Positions 26,025 through 33,680 are shown, numbered from the stretch's first letter. The stretch is DNA of 35,881 bases from a virus (IMGVR_UViG_3300033067_002348:1-35881); one strand, 5' to 3'. The notes: generated from the sequence alone by a model not told the origin. Made by a program: numbers and translations.

Positions 26025-27230
26025 CTAGCGTTTAAACGTCTCCTGGGGGGCGGATCCTTCGAGCTTCACTTCACCACGTTTGATGCGCTCGGCGACAGAT
26101 GAGCAGACGTTTAGGACGAAGTTTTCGATGTTTTCTTCGAGGTGAGCAAAATTAAAGAACCAGGCTTTTCCGAAGAGGATTCCAGCTTTACAGCATTCTT
26201 GCATGAAGAGAGCTGTTGTTGGATTTGTCGTATTAAGCATGGCTCGAGTGCCGTAGCCTTCAAAAAGCACTTCAGGAAGGAGTGCATTAAGATTGCGTCT
26301 AAGTCTGTCACCATAGAACCACAGATCCTCTAGGTTCTTCTTTGTTTCGATAATTGTCATCACGTGTTGAGCGGCGGCAAGGGATGCACATTCTCCTGAG
26401 AAGGTTGAAGAGATGAAGTATTCACCACAGTCCATGACTTCTCTTTTTCCAGCGACAACGGAAAGGGGAAATCCATTGGCAACGGCTTTTCCTAAACAAA
26501 TAAGGTCTGGTTTAACGCCGATCCAGGTGGAAACACAGAATTTTGGAGTTCGAAAGCCGGTGATGACTTCATCGAAAATGAGGAGAGCGCCTGTACGATC
26601 ACATGCTTCTCTTAAGGATCTTAAGTAATCAAACCACTTTGGAGTCGCTTCCAGTTCAAGGGCTTCAACAATGACGGCGGCTGTATCTGTTGTGATTTCT
26701 GAGGCTTCTTTAAAAGATTTGATGTTGAAGGAATCTGAAATGCCGAGAGCGGGCTCAGTGAGAGAAGTAAAGATATCGGAGTGGCCATGGTATCCGCGAG
26801 AAAGTATTTGTTTTCTTCCTGTTGCAGTTCGGGCGATACGGATGGCAGCTGAGCAGGCTTCGGATCCTGTTTTTAAGAACCTGATTTTTTCCGCCGATGG
26901 GATAAGTGCACTAAGTTGTTCAGCGACTTCGACTTCGAGTGTCGATGGAAGCGAGTGAGATATGCCCTTAGAGAGCTGCGTAGAGACGGCGTCAAGAATT
27001 TGAGCTGGACGATAGCCCAGAATAATTGAACCGAGACCACAAACGAAATCAATATACCTGTTGCCCCAAGGATCAATAAGAAAGCATCCATAACCAGATT
27101 CTATATGAGTTGGATAAACCCCGCGAACGTATTGGGAACTTCTCTTGCTGTTGGTTCCGGGTTCATTTTGAGCGAGGACTGTTTTTGAACGTTCCTGCCA
27201 TTCAGATGTGGGCTTTTTTGATTTCATCAA
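26025..27230 (-). CDS. Class III PLP aminotransferase (GSA-aminomutase-like, sugar-pathway type)
   Basis: DPWGNRYIDF, FLKTGSEA, GYHG, LIFDEVITGFR and DLICLGKAVANGFP (PLP lysine). Confidence 0.92.
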   Translation of the reverse strand: MMKSKKPTSEWQERSKTVLAQNEPGTNSKRSSQYVRGVYPTHIESGYGCFLIDPWGNRYIDFVCGLGSIILGYRPAQILDAVSTQLSKGISHSLPSTLEVEVAEQLSALIPSAEKIRFLKTGSEACSAAIRIARTATGRKQILSRGYHGHSDIFTSLTEPALGISDSFNIKSFKEASEITTDTAAVIVEALELEATPKWFDYLRSLREACDRTGALLIFDEVITGFRTPKFCVSTWIGVKPDLICLGKAVANGFPLSVVAGKREVMDCGEYFISSTFSGECASLAAAQHVMTIIETKKNLEDLWFYGDRLRRNLNALLPEVLFEGYGTRAMLNTTNPTTALFMQECCKAGILFGKAWFFNFAHLEENIENFVLNVCSSVAERIKRGEVKLEGSAPQETFKR

Positions 27231-27925
27231 AGTCCTCTGTTTTGTTTAAGGACCAAATCATCGGGATGACGTCGGGCGACGAAATGACGAGCTCGTTCAA
27301 GATCTTCTTTCGTGTCGATGGAGGTTTTGATAGTCCATTCGCATCGAGGATTCATGTAGAGAGTGTATTTGAACCCCTCCTTCTCAAAGAGCTCTCTCAT
27401 GACTTCGTTTCGATCGAAGAAATAAAAGGGATGCTCTCGTTGTTCCTTTTGAATCTTATCAAACCATTTAAGGGCTTTTTTAGTGCAGGCTTGAACATCA
27501 AGACCTTCAATGAAGGACCTGGCAACTGTGTTTGAAGCGTAGTCGAATTCAGAGCAAAGACTTGCCACTTCAGCAATAATTTCAGCATTGGAAAACCAGC
27601 AATCCGCGGTAATTCGAACGATGATGCTTGAGTCGTATTGCTCAGCTGCTTTTAGGTATCTTGTGAGAACATCGGATTCATCACAATGAGGGAGGAAGAA
27701 TTTGTATCCCATTTGTGAGCAGTGAAGAGAAAGATCAGCATCTCCGTCAGGTCCAAGGACAACAACGTCAGAAAAGATTCCTTTAGCGTTGAGGATTCTT
27801 TGAGCATCAAGGCAGGCATCATGAGCCCACGCTAGAACGGATTTCTCTCCGATATTTTCGAAAATCTTCCCAGGTAGCCGGGTCGATTTTGATCGAGCCT
27901 GAACCCCGAATAACACTTTGCTCAT
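27227..27925 (-). CDS. SpsF/PseF-type acylneuraminate cytidylyltransferase
   Basis: QARSKSTRLPGK, ESDVLTRY, IVRITADC, REH and SIDT-x-EDL motifs. Confidence 0.9.
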   Translation of the reverse strand: MSKVLFGVQARSKSTRLPGKIFENIGEKSVLAWAHDACLDAQRILNAKGIFSDVVVLGPDGDADLSLHCSQMGYKFFLPHCDESDVLTRYLKAAEQYDSSIIVRITADCWFSNAEIIAEVASLCSEFDYASNTVARSFIEGLDVQACTKKALKWFDKIQKEQREHPFYFFDRNEVMRELFEKEGFKYTLYMNPRCEWTIKTSIDTKEDLERARHFVARRHPDDLVLKQNRGL

Positions 27926-28550
27926 GCGCCACTCCCACTTCCAAACTGATGTGTTGAACTTGCTTTATTTGATCGAGCGCTGTTTCCATTGTCCAAAGAT
28001 TTTCTACATCATCTTCAATGAAAGCTTTCAGCATTTGAACGTAACTCATTTCTATTTCACGGTAATGAATCTGTCGACCATAGGGAGCTTGTCTCTCGGA
28101 GAAGCGAACATCCCAAATGGGGGAGCTGCACTGAATTTCGAGAGACGCTTTAAGATTGCAAGAGAGAGTGATGAGCTGACACACATCCCAAAGCAGTCCA
28201 TCTTTTCCCGTGTTATAGAAATTGTAGAATATCCCATTGGCCCAGGGATCGATAACAAAACTCCAGTTGTTTACGATGTAACCCCTGCCTGGATCGAATT
28301 CCGTCGGATAGTATTTAACAAAGGGCTTTTCACAAAGGTAGGTGATGCCTCGTTGCTGCATTTCATTGACGAGTTCTAGGTGACTTCTTGTTGAGGAGCA
28401 GATGATTGCTTTATTGCAATGATCGAGAATGCTTTCTCTTTCTTTGGGATCTGTTTCGATATCAATGATTTTGAAATCTTGCTTGAGGTCGTTGAGGCAA
28501 GCCCCGTACCTGCGTCCCATGTTTCCATTTCCGCCGATGAGAGCAATCAA
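27819..28550 (-). CDS. NAD(P)-dependent oxidoreductase (Gfo/Idh/MocA-like N-terminus)
   Basis: IALIGGNGNMG Rossmann motif; IICSST-x-x-H...LCEKP. Confidence 0.8.
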   Translation of the reverse strand: MIALIGGNGNMGRRYGACLNDLKQDFKIIDIETDPKERESILDHCNKAIICSSTRSHLELVNEMQQRGITYLCEKPFVKYYPTEFDPGRGYIVNNWSFVIDPWANGIFYNFYNTGKDGLLWDVCQLITLSCNLKASLEIQCSSPIWDVRFSERQAPYGRQIHYREIEMSYVQMLKAFIEDDVENLWTMETALDQIKQVQHISLEVGVAHEQSVIRGSGSIKIDPATWEDFRKYRREIRSSVGS

Positions 28551-29227
28551 TGGATATTTTCTCCGTGATTGGGGACGTAGAGGGTTTGTCCAATCGATTT
28601 AACGAGGGACTTCATTTCAAATTGATCAATGGCAAAGAGAGCGTCGGGACAGCTCATTTGACCTTCAAGCTTCATATGCTTCTCCAAATATTCTGCGCCT
28701 GAGTCGATGGCTTTTAAGGACTGTTGGATTCCCAGGGTATGATCCGAAAATCCATCGAATCTTGGAAAGAGCTCATCAAAGCATACTTCATAGCGAACGG
28801 GATATTCTGGGATGCAATAAAGTGTGGCAGCGCCCTTAGGAACGAGATGCTGAGTCATCACATCACAAGAGACAAATACAGGTCTTGCGGTACAAAGAGC
28901 ATAGTTGATAAGAGCTCGCTCATCTTTTTTTGAGTAAGCAAATTTATAGAAATCGGGTTTAGCCTCTTCAACAAGGAACTGGAGGTTTTCTTCATCAAAG
29001 GTTGATGCCCCGCAAAGAATTTCTCTTTTTTTTGCGTAGTCTTGCAGTTCCAAATAAAGACCAGGATCGAGCCAGATGTTTCCAGATTTTGTGTATTGGT
29101 CCGTGTTTGGAAAGAGTTGGAATTTTACAGCCCAACATCCAGCATCTTGAGCGGCATCGATGAGTTTGATGGCGACTTCTTTAATTCCGAGGTGGCATGA
29201 TCCAATTTCAGCGATAACCCGCGTCAC
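28547..29227 (-). CDS. neuB: NeuB/PseI-family nonulosonic acid synthase (short form)
   Basis: VIAEIGSCHLG, AVKFQ, YP, GFSDHTLG, LEKH and PD motifs; only 226 aa. Confidence 0.9.
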   Translation of the reverse strand: MTRVIAEIGSCHLGIKEVAIKLIDAAQDAGCWAVKFQLFPNTDQYTKSGNIWLDPGLYLELQDYAKKREILCGASTFDEENLQFLVEEAKPDFYKFAYSKKDERALINYALCTARPVFVSCDVMTQHLVPKGAATLYCIPEYPVRYEVCFDELFPRFDGFSDHTLGIQQSLKAIDSGAEYLEKHMKLEGQMSCPDALFAIDQFEMKSLVKSIGQTLYVPNHGENIH

Positions 29228-30167
29228 TCAAAAGCTCCTTTAGTTCGGACTCAGTAAATCGATCAGCGCTCTGAGATGTAAAGCCTTTTTTAATGCAATC
29301 GCCATGCTTTTGAACCGGATAGAGTTGGAGTTCCGGCCATCGGATATATTTGGATCCCGCATCAGTGGTTAGGGACGCTTCGGATTGAGCGACTAAGACT
29401 TCGTGAAGCTTTTCCCCTGGTCTAATTCCCATCCATTCAACCTGATCGAGCTTAAAGTCTTTTCCGATGAAGGCCCTGGCCAGATTGATCATGGTGACAG
29501 ACTTCATCTTAGGAATAAAAACTTCACCACCCCGCATTTCGTAATAACAGGTGTTAACTAATTCGGCGGCTTTCTGCGGAGTGATGAAGAACCTTGTCAT
29601 CGCTTCATCGGTGATCTTGATCTTCTCACCCTTCTCTAAGGCGCGCTTCCATTTAGTGAGAACAGATCCTTGAGATCCGAGAACGTTTCCGTAGCGACAA
29701 ACGGCAAACTTGGTCTTGTGCTTTCCGATGTTGGCTTGAATAAAGAGCTTTTCAGCACAGAGCTTTGAAGCTCCGTAAATGTTGAGTGGCTCAACTGCTT
29801 TATCCGTGCTGGTAAAGAGAGCTGATTCGACGTTGTTGGCATAGCAGGCTTCAATAACGTTTTTGGTTCCAACGATGTTTGTCAGAACGGCTTCCCATGG
29901 ATTGTACTCAGCTGCATCAACGGATTTAACGGCGGCGAAGTGAAAGACGACGCTACAGCCCTCGGTAGCACGCTTGATTCTTTCAGCATCTCGAACATCT
30001 CCAACGAGATAGTCGATGGGGAGTCCTTGGAATTCCTCCATCATCTCGATTTGACGATGCTCTCCACGAGAGAGAACTCGAATGCGAGAGATTTGAGGGT
30101 TTTTCACCAAAAGAGGAATCAGGGCCTTAGCAAGGGTTCCCGTTCCCCCAATAATGCAAACAATCAT
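29208..30167 (-). CDS. pseB: UDP-GlcNAc 4,6-dehydratase, PseB/FlaA1-like
   Basis: GGTGTL, HFAAVKSV, STDKAVEPLNIYGASKL, RYGNVLGSQGSV, MTRF and GIRPGEKLHE. Confidence 0.88.
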   Translation of the reverse strand: MIVCIIGGTGTLAKALIPLLVKNPQISRIRVLSRGEHRQIEMMEEFQGLPIDYLVGDVRDAERIKRATEGCSVVFHFAAVKSVDAAEYNPWEAVLTNIVGTKNVIEACYANNVESALFTSTDKAVEPLNIYGASKLCAEKLFIQANIGKHKTKFAVCRYGNVLGSQGSVLTKWKRALEKGEKIKITDEAMTRFFITPQKAAELVNTCYYEMRGGEVFIPKMKSVTMINLARAFIGKDFKLDQVEWMGIRPGEKLHEVLVAQSEASLTTDAGSKYIRWPELQLYPVQKHGDCIKKGFTSQSADRFTESELKELLSDAGYR

Positions 30168-30370
30168 CGAGCAGGATTCCTAAGGAAGAAATGACTTGGA
30201 TCAAGCTTTTCTACCTTAAGAATCATCTCCCCGTTTCTTTCGAATGCACGGATGAGAGATGCCATGGCATCGATCTTATCGTGCTTTTTCATTCTGAATT
30301 TAAGCGCCCAGACCAAGGTCGCAATATTACTGCACAGAAGCAGTACGAGGAGAACGTGTGATAGTTCCAT
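30164..30370 (-). CDS. Small membrane protein
   Basis: N-terminal TM helix; ATGA coupling to the dehydratase gene; start uncertain (30370 or 30379). Confidence 0.6.
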   Translation of the reverse strand: MELSHVLLVLLLCSNIATLVWALKFRMKKHDKIDAMASLIRAFERNGEMILKVEKLDPSHFFLRNPAR

Positions 30371-30518
30371 ATTTCTCATTTCCGTCATGGATGACCAATT
30401 CAACGAATTCAGTGAATTTCATACCGAGGCGATCGGCATTCTTTCGAGCGCGATCGAGCTCAAATTTAACGAGTCGAAACGAGGTGTTAACTTTAGTGGT
30501 GGTTTTCTTTTTCCTCAT
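30327..30518 (-). CDS. Ribbon-helix-helix-like DNA-binding protein
   Basis: TSFRL..FELDRARKNADRLGMKFTEFVELVI pattern; heads the sugar operon. Confidence 0.6.
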   Translation of the reverse strand: MRKKKTTTKVNTSFRLVKFELDRARKNADRLGMKFTEFVELVIHDGNEKYGTITRSPRTASVQ

Positions 30519-30570
30519 GGATAAAGAAAATCATGCAATTGGATGGCGCGTAAAGAGTTTCTTTTCGAAC

Positions 30571-30963
30571 TCAACAGCCTTTTATGAATTCATCCATGAA
30601 CTTATCGAAGTCATCTCCATTGACGAATCCGTTGGCATCGAAATCAGCCCAGGGAACTCCAAGCTCAAAAGCTGATGTGAAGGCATCAAGGTCAATGGCA
30701 TTACAGAATCCATCGACGTTATAATCTGCGACTTTTCCATCCCAGGTCGTGGAGCCCGCTGCATCGGAAACTGTAACTGAGTTACCTTCAATGAAATAAT
30801 ATTCTGAGGCTTTAAAAGGGGGTCCTTTTTCTAACCACCAATTTCTCTTTGTCTGAATCCCTTGCTCAATTGAGAAGGCGTGAGGATAGACGGGGCCAAT
30901 AATGTTTTGAATATCGTAGGGAGTCAAAAGCCACAGCCCGAGGAGTGAGGAAAAAATATACAT
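30571..30963 (-). CDS. Secreted-type protein with C-terminal GC-type dockerin (paired EF-hand) domain
   Basis: ADYNVDGFCNAIDLDAFTSAFELG-VPW-ADFDANGFVNGDDFDKFMDEFIKGC-stop; hydrophobic N-terminus. Confidence 0.75.
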   Translation of the reverse strand: MYIFSSLLGLWLLTPYDIQNIIGPVYPHAFSIEQGIQTKRNWWLEKGPPFKASEYYFIEGNSVTVSDAAGSTTWDGKVADYNVDGFCNAIDLDAFTSAFELGVPWADFDANGFVNGDDFDKFMDEFIKGC

Positions 30964-30993
30964 TATTTTATATACTCCGAGGGCCTCAGTTTC

Positions 30994-31275
30994 TTAATTG
31001 TCATAGCCATAGCCATTGCCACAGCCATTGCCATTGCCACAGCCATAGCCATCGCCATCGCCATTGCCATTGCCATAGCCATTGCCATAGCCATAGCCAT
31101 TGTCATAGCCATAGCCATTGCCACAGCCATCGCCATAGCCATCGCCACAGCCATCGCCACAGCCATCGCCATAGCCATAGCCATCGCCATCGCCATTGCC
31201 ATTGCCATAGCCATCGCCACAGCCATAGCCATTGCCATTGCCAAAAGATGTTTGCGAGTTTTCAAAAAGAATCAT
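30994..31275 (-). CDS. Gly-X dipeptide repeat protein
   Basis: ATGA coupling to the upstream gene; 41 dipeptides G(N/D/Y/C), two of them DN. Confidence 0.65.
   Translation of the reverse strand: MILFENSQTSFGNGNGYGCGDGYGNGNGDGDGYGYGDGCGDGCGDGYGDGCGNGYGYDNGYGYGNGYGNGNGDGDGYGCGNGNGCGNGYGYDN
30997..31242. repeat. Degenerate 6-nt tandem repeat (plus strand GCCATA/GCCATT/GCCATC/GCCACA)
   Basis: Read directly; about 41 units. Confidence 0.97.
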
Positions 31276-31631
31276 TTTATTTTTCCGCACCAGTTCGATT
31301 GTTCGGCATTAAGCTGAGCGATAACCGTAAGCTCATGAAATTTTGTCTCTGGCACTGGATCAAGCTTTGTCTCTCTTGTCGGACCTCCAGTTGCGATTTC
31401 TCCAAGACCCCTCGATGTTCCCCAGCTCCTAATCACAGCGCCATCTTTTAAAATATATTCGGATCCGACCTTAAACAGCCTTCCAACCATAACCCACCCC
31501 CTCTGCAGGATGACTATCTTCCATCCGCGATCTTCCTCACAGCAGGAGGTTTCATTCGCAAAGATAGATTTAAGTTTCTTTATTTGTCCTAAAGTGAGTT
31601 CATCAATATTCATATTATTGCTTAAAAACAT
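31272..31631 (-). CDS. Conserved phage protein (DUF6948-like)
   Basis: IVILQRGWVMVG...VIRSWGTSRGLGEIATGGP, a pattern I associate with phage genes that precede Gly-rich repeats. Confidence 0.7.
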   Translation of the reverse strand: MFLSNNMNIDELTLGQIKKLKSIFANETSCCEEDRGWKIVILQRGWVMVGRLFKVGSEYILKDGAVIRSWGTSRGLGEIATGGPTRETKLDPVPETKFHELTVIAQLNAEQSNWCGKIK

Positions 31632-31650
31632 AAAAAGTCCGCATAGCCAA

Positions 31651-31977
31651 TTATGCCGCTTCCTTCAGCCCAGAGCTCAATAAACTTTGTTTAAGAGCAG
31701 ATGTATAATTAAAACTCGTTCCATTAAAATAATTTGGGAGATTCTGAATCGTCTTCATCTCTAGGCGTCTTCCATCAGGAGACTTTAAATAACAAATAAT
31801 GTTTCCAGGACAGAAAATCTTTAAAGAATTCAGTCGTGTATTTGCAAAAAAAATGAATTCACCTTTCTTTAAAAGAGTGGGATCCTTTCCAGCAATTCTC
31901 ATGGCCATTTTTTTCAATCCATCATGACCACAGCGCAAATCTGAATCGGGAAAAAAGCGGATGACCTTATTCATCAA
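31651..31977 (-). CDS. IS66 TnpB (Orf2)-like protein
   Basis: DLRCGHDGL...DP...GEFIFFANTRLNSLKIF resembles the IS66 Orf2 consensus DMRKGFDGL...DP..G..FVF.NRRR..LKIL. Confidence 0.7.
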   Translation of the reverse strand: MMNKVIRFFPDSDLRCGHDGLKKMAMRIAGKDPTLLKKGEFIFFANTRLNSLKIFCPGNIICYLKSPDGRRLEMKTIQNLPNYFNGTSFNYTSALKQSLLSSGLKEAA

Positions 31978-32309
31978 AGACTCCTTGAAAACTGGGCAAT
32001 TTCATCAGGAGATCCTGTCAATAGAAAGAGTTTACAGGTCAGCTGCGGCGGCGGAACCTCAAGGGTCATCATTCTGCTTCTCCTCCTCTTCAAAGGAACC
32101 AATTGAGGATCCTCAGGAAGTGTCGGAATCACCGATCTTCTCTCAGCTTTCATGACGTTATAAACAGTAGCTATCGGAATTGGAGTCTTATTGTTTCTGA
32201 ACATCTTGAGCCGACTGAGCTCTCGAACAACATTTTGAGCTGTTAACCCTGAGTTTTTAAGCTCGACAATCTTTCGCTTTACTTCCGAACTGATACTTAT
32301 TCTTGCCAT
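31974..32309 (-). CDS. HTH protein, IS66 TnpA-like
   Basis: ISSEVKRKIVELKNSGLTAQNVVREL...TVYN HTH, linker and short C-terminal strand-helix; ATGA overlap with the TnpB-like gene. Confidence 0.55.
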   Translation of the reverse strand: MARISISSEVKRKIVELKNSGLTAQNVVRELSRLKMFRNNKTPIPIATVYNVMKAERRSVIPTLPEDPQLVPLKRRRSRMMTLEVPPPQLTCKLFLLTGSPDEIAQFSRSL

Positions 32310-32369
32310 GACCTTGGAATTATCAGAAATACATTTGCATTACAAGATGGTTTCAGATAGAAGTTATTT

Positions 32370-32730
32370 ATAAGCTTTCAAAGCTTTTCTCGTAAGGGGA
32401 AGTCTTTAAAGTATTGGACCTGCTACCCCGGTGGGAGCCGGGCAATCGGGGGCTATGCCCTGTTCGAACACTCTTTTGAAGTTATAAGGTCCTGAAGCAC
32501 CCAGGGGACTAAACCCCCATGATGTAGGCTTTCCATCCTACCCTCTATCGCCCCTTCAGCGGGAGAATCTGGTCTTGCAGAGCCGTCCGTCACGGGTCAC
32601 AGCCAGAAGATCGATATGAGTCGTGCGTCTATGCGACTACCCCGTATGGGCCGCCGTTCAACCGCGGAGTTTCTGATATGAGGCCTTTTATCTCCCTCAT
32701 GGGTTTACTCCTAAACCCTCGCCCGAGATT
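32370..32730. ncRNA. Candidate structured non-coding RNA or origin region
   Basis: No ORF, GC-rich, back-to-back hairpins (see findings); strand unresolved. Confidence 0.4.
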
Positions 32731-32742
32731 AAATTAAAAACA

Positions 32743-32771
32743 TTTACAGGCACTTAAAGTCGAATTAAATT
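32743..32771 (+). promoter_or_regulatory. Sigma70-type promoter
   Basis: TTTACA-17nt-TAAATT, with the -10 box inside the palindrome CGAATT-A-AATTCG. Confidence 0.55.
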
Positions 32772-32804
32772 CGCTCTACTTGCCCAAAACAATAAAATGT
32801 TTTG

Positions 32805-32845
32805 AGGGGTTCGGAGTCAATCAAAAGATTCCAGCCCCTTTTTTT
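32805..32845 (+). terminator. Intrinsic terminator
   Basis: AGGGGTT-C-GGAGTC-(AATCAAAA)-GATTCC-AGCCCCT followed by a T-run; G-U pairs favour the plus strand. Confidence 0.75.
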
Positions 32846-32903
32846 ATGCTTTAACGCTTAGCTCCGCTTGTATTGACCCGATGAGCTGTCACACTTAAAG
32901 ACA

Positions 32904-33566
32904 GTGGCGAAAGTCTTGGTGATCCCAGATATTCACTGCCCTTATGATCATCCCCAAGCGATCGATCACTGCAAACGTATCCAAGATAGATTTAAAACCG
33001 ATCGAGTCATTCAACTGGGAGATGAAGTCGATCTTGCCGCCTTCTCAAGATTTCCACTGGATCCCGATGCTCCCAGTGCTGGTCATGAACTTGAACTCGC
33101 CAATGAAAGTTTAGAGAAATGGCAAAGAGCCTTTCCGTTCGTTGACGTTATCTCAAGCAATCATGGCATGAGAATCTTTAGAAAAGGCTTTGCAACCGGA
33201 TTTCCCAGGTGGGTCTTTAAACGCTACGAAGAGATTTTTAAATTCCCAAAAGGATGGAGCTTTCATCCCGATGGAATCGAATGCGATCGTGTTTCCTACA
33301 TTCATGGGGAAGGATTTTCGTCGGGAACTTGGAGAATGGCTCACAATAAAGCAAAACAATCCGTGGTCATGGGCCATCTCCATTCAGGTGCCGGGGTCGT
33401 CTACTCTCAAACGAAAAGAAGGCATTTCGCAATGAATGCTGGCTGTTTGATTGATCCCGGTGCCTCTGCTTTTGCTTATGGAAGACACCTCATCGAAAAG
33501 CCCATGCTTGGATGCGGAGTCGTCATCGACGGGGATGAAGCTCACTTCGTTCCCCTGAAACACTAA
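32904..33566 (+). CDS. Calcineurin-like metallophosphoesterase
   Basis: PDIH, LGDEVD, SNH, HG and GHLH motifs. Confidence 0.9.
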   Translation: MAKVLVIPDIHCPYDHPQAIDHCKRIQDRFKTDRVIQLGDEVDLAAFSRFPLDPDAPSAGHELELANESLEKWQRAFPFVDVISSNHGMRIFRKGFATGFPRWVFKRYEEIFKFPKGWSFHPDGIECDRVSYIHGEGFSSGTWRMAHNKAKQSVVMGHLHSGAGVVYSQTKRRHFAMNAGCLIDPGASAFAYGRHLIEKPMLGCGVVIDGDEAHFVPLKH

Positions 33567-33578
33567 AGGGAGAAAACT

Positions 33579-33680
33579 ATGTTGATCGGTGGTCAAATTC
33601 AATTGAATGAAATCGGATTTATCTTGGCAGGACTTCTCATCGGAGTCGGACTCCTTTTGGTTTACATCTCAAAGAAATAA
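33579..33680 (+). CDS. 33-aa membrane peptide (not in the ORF track)
   Basis: SD AGGGAG; MLIGGQIQLNEIGFILAGLLIGVGLLLVYISKK*. Confidence 0.6.
   Translation: MLIGGQIQLNEIGFILAGLLIGVGLLLVYISKK

Noticed and set aside
26025-27230. hemL (tetrapyrrole synthesis) auxiliary gene
   Set aside because: The fold is similar, but it is coupled to an SpsF-like cytidylyltransferase in a sugar operon and no other hem genes are present.
5864-30167. Numerous 60-160 aa opposite-strand or out-of-frame ORFs in the track
   Set aside because: They are shadows of long, motif-bearing genes, with no SD or recognisable motifs.
30997-31242. CRISPR array
   Set aside because: 6-nt tandem units with no unique spacers, and no cas genes.
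30945-31451. His/Ser/Cys-rich plus-strand ORF and poly(Ala-Met) ORF as real proteins
   Set aside because: They are alternative readings of the 6-nt repeat. The Gly-X frame has a coupled ATG start and matches a common phage pattern.
31640-32400. Intact IS66 insertion sequence
   Set aside because: No TnpC and no matching terminal inverted repeats or target duplication seen; only isolated GTAA tetramers.
32449-32838. tmRNA (GGGGCT...TTCGA start, AGCCCC end, ~390 nt)
   Set aside because: No T-arm with TTCRA before the 3' end, no G3-U alanine identity pair, no CCA and no convincing tag frame. The 3' segment folds better as a terminator.
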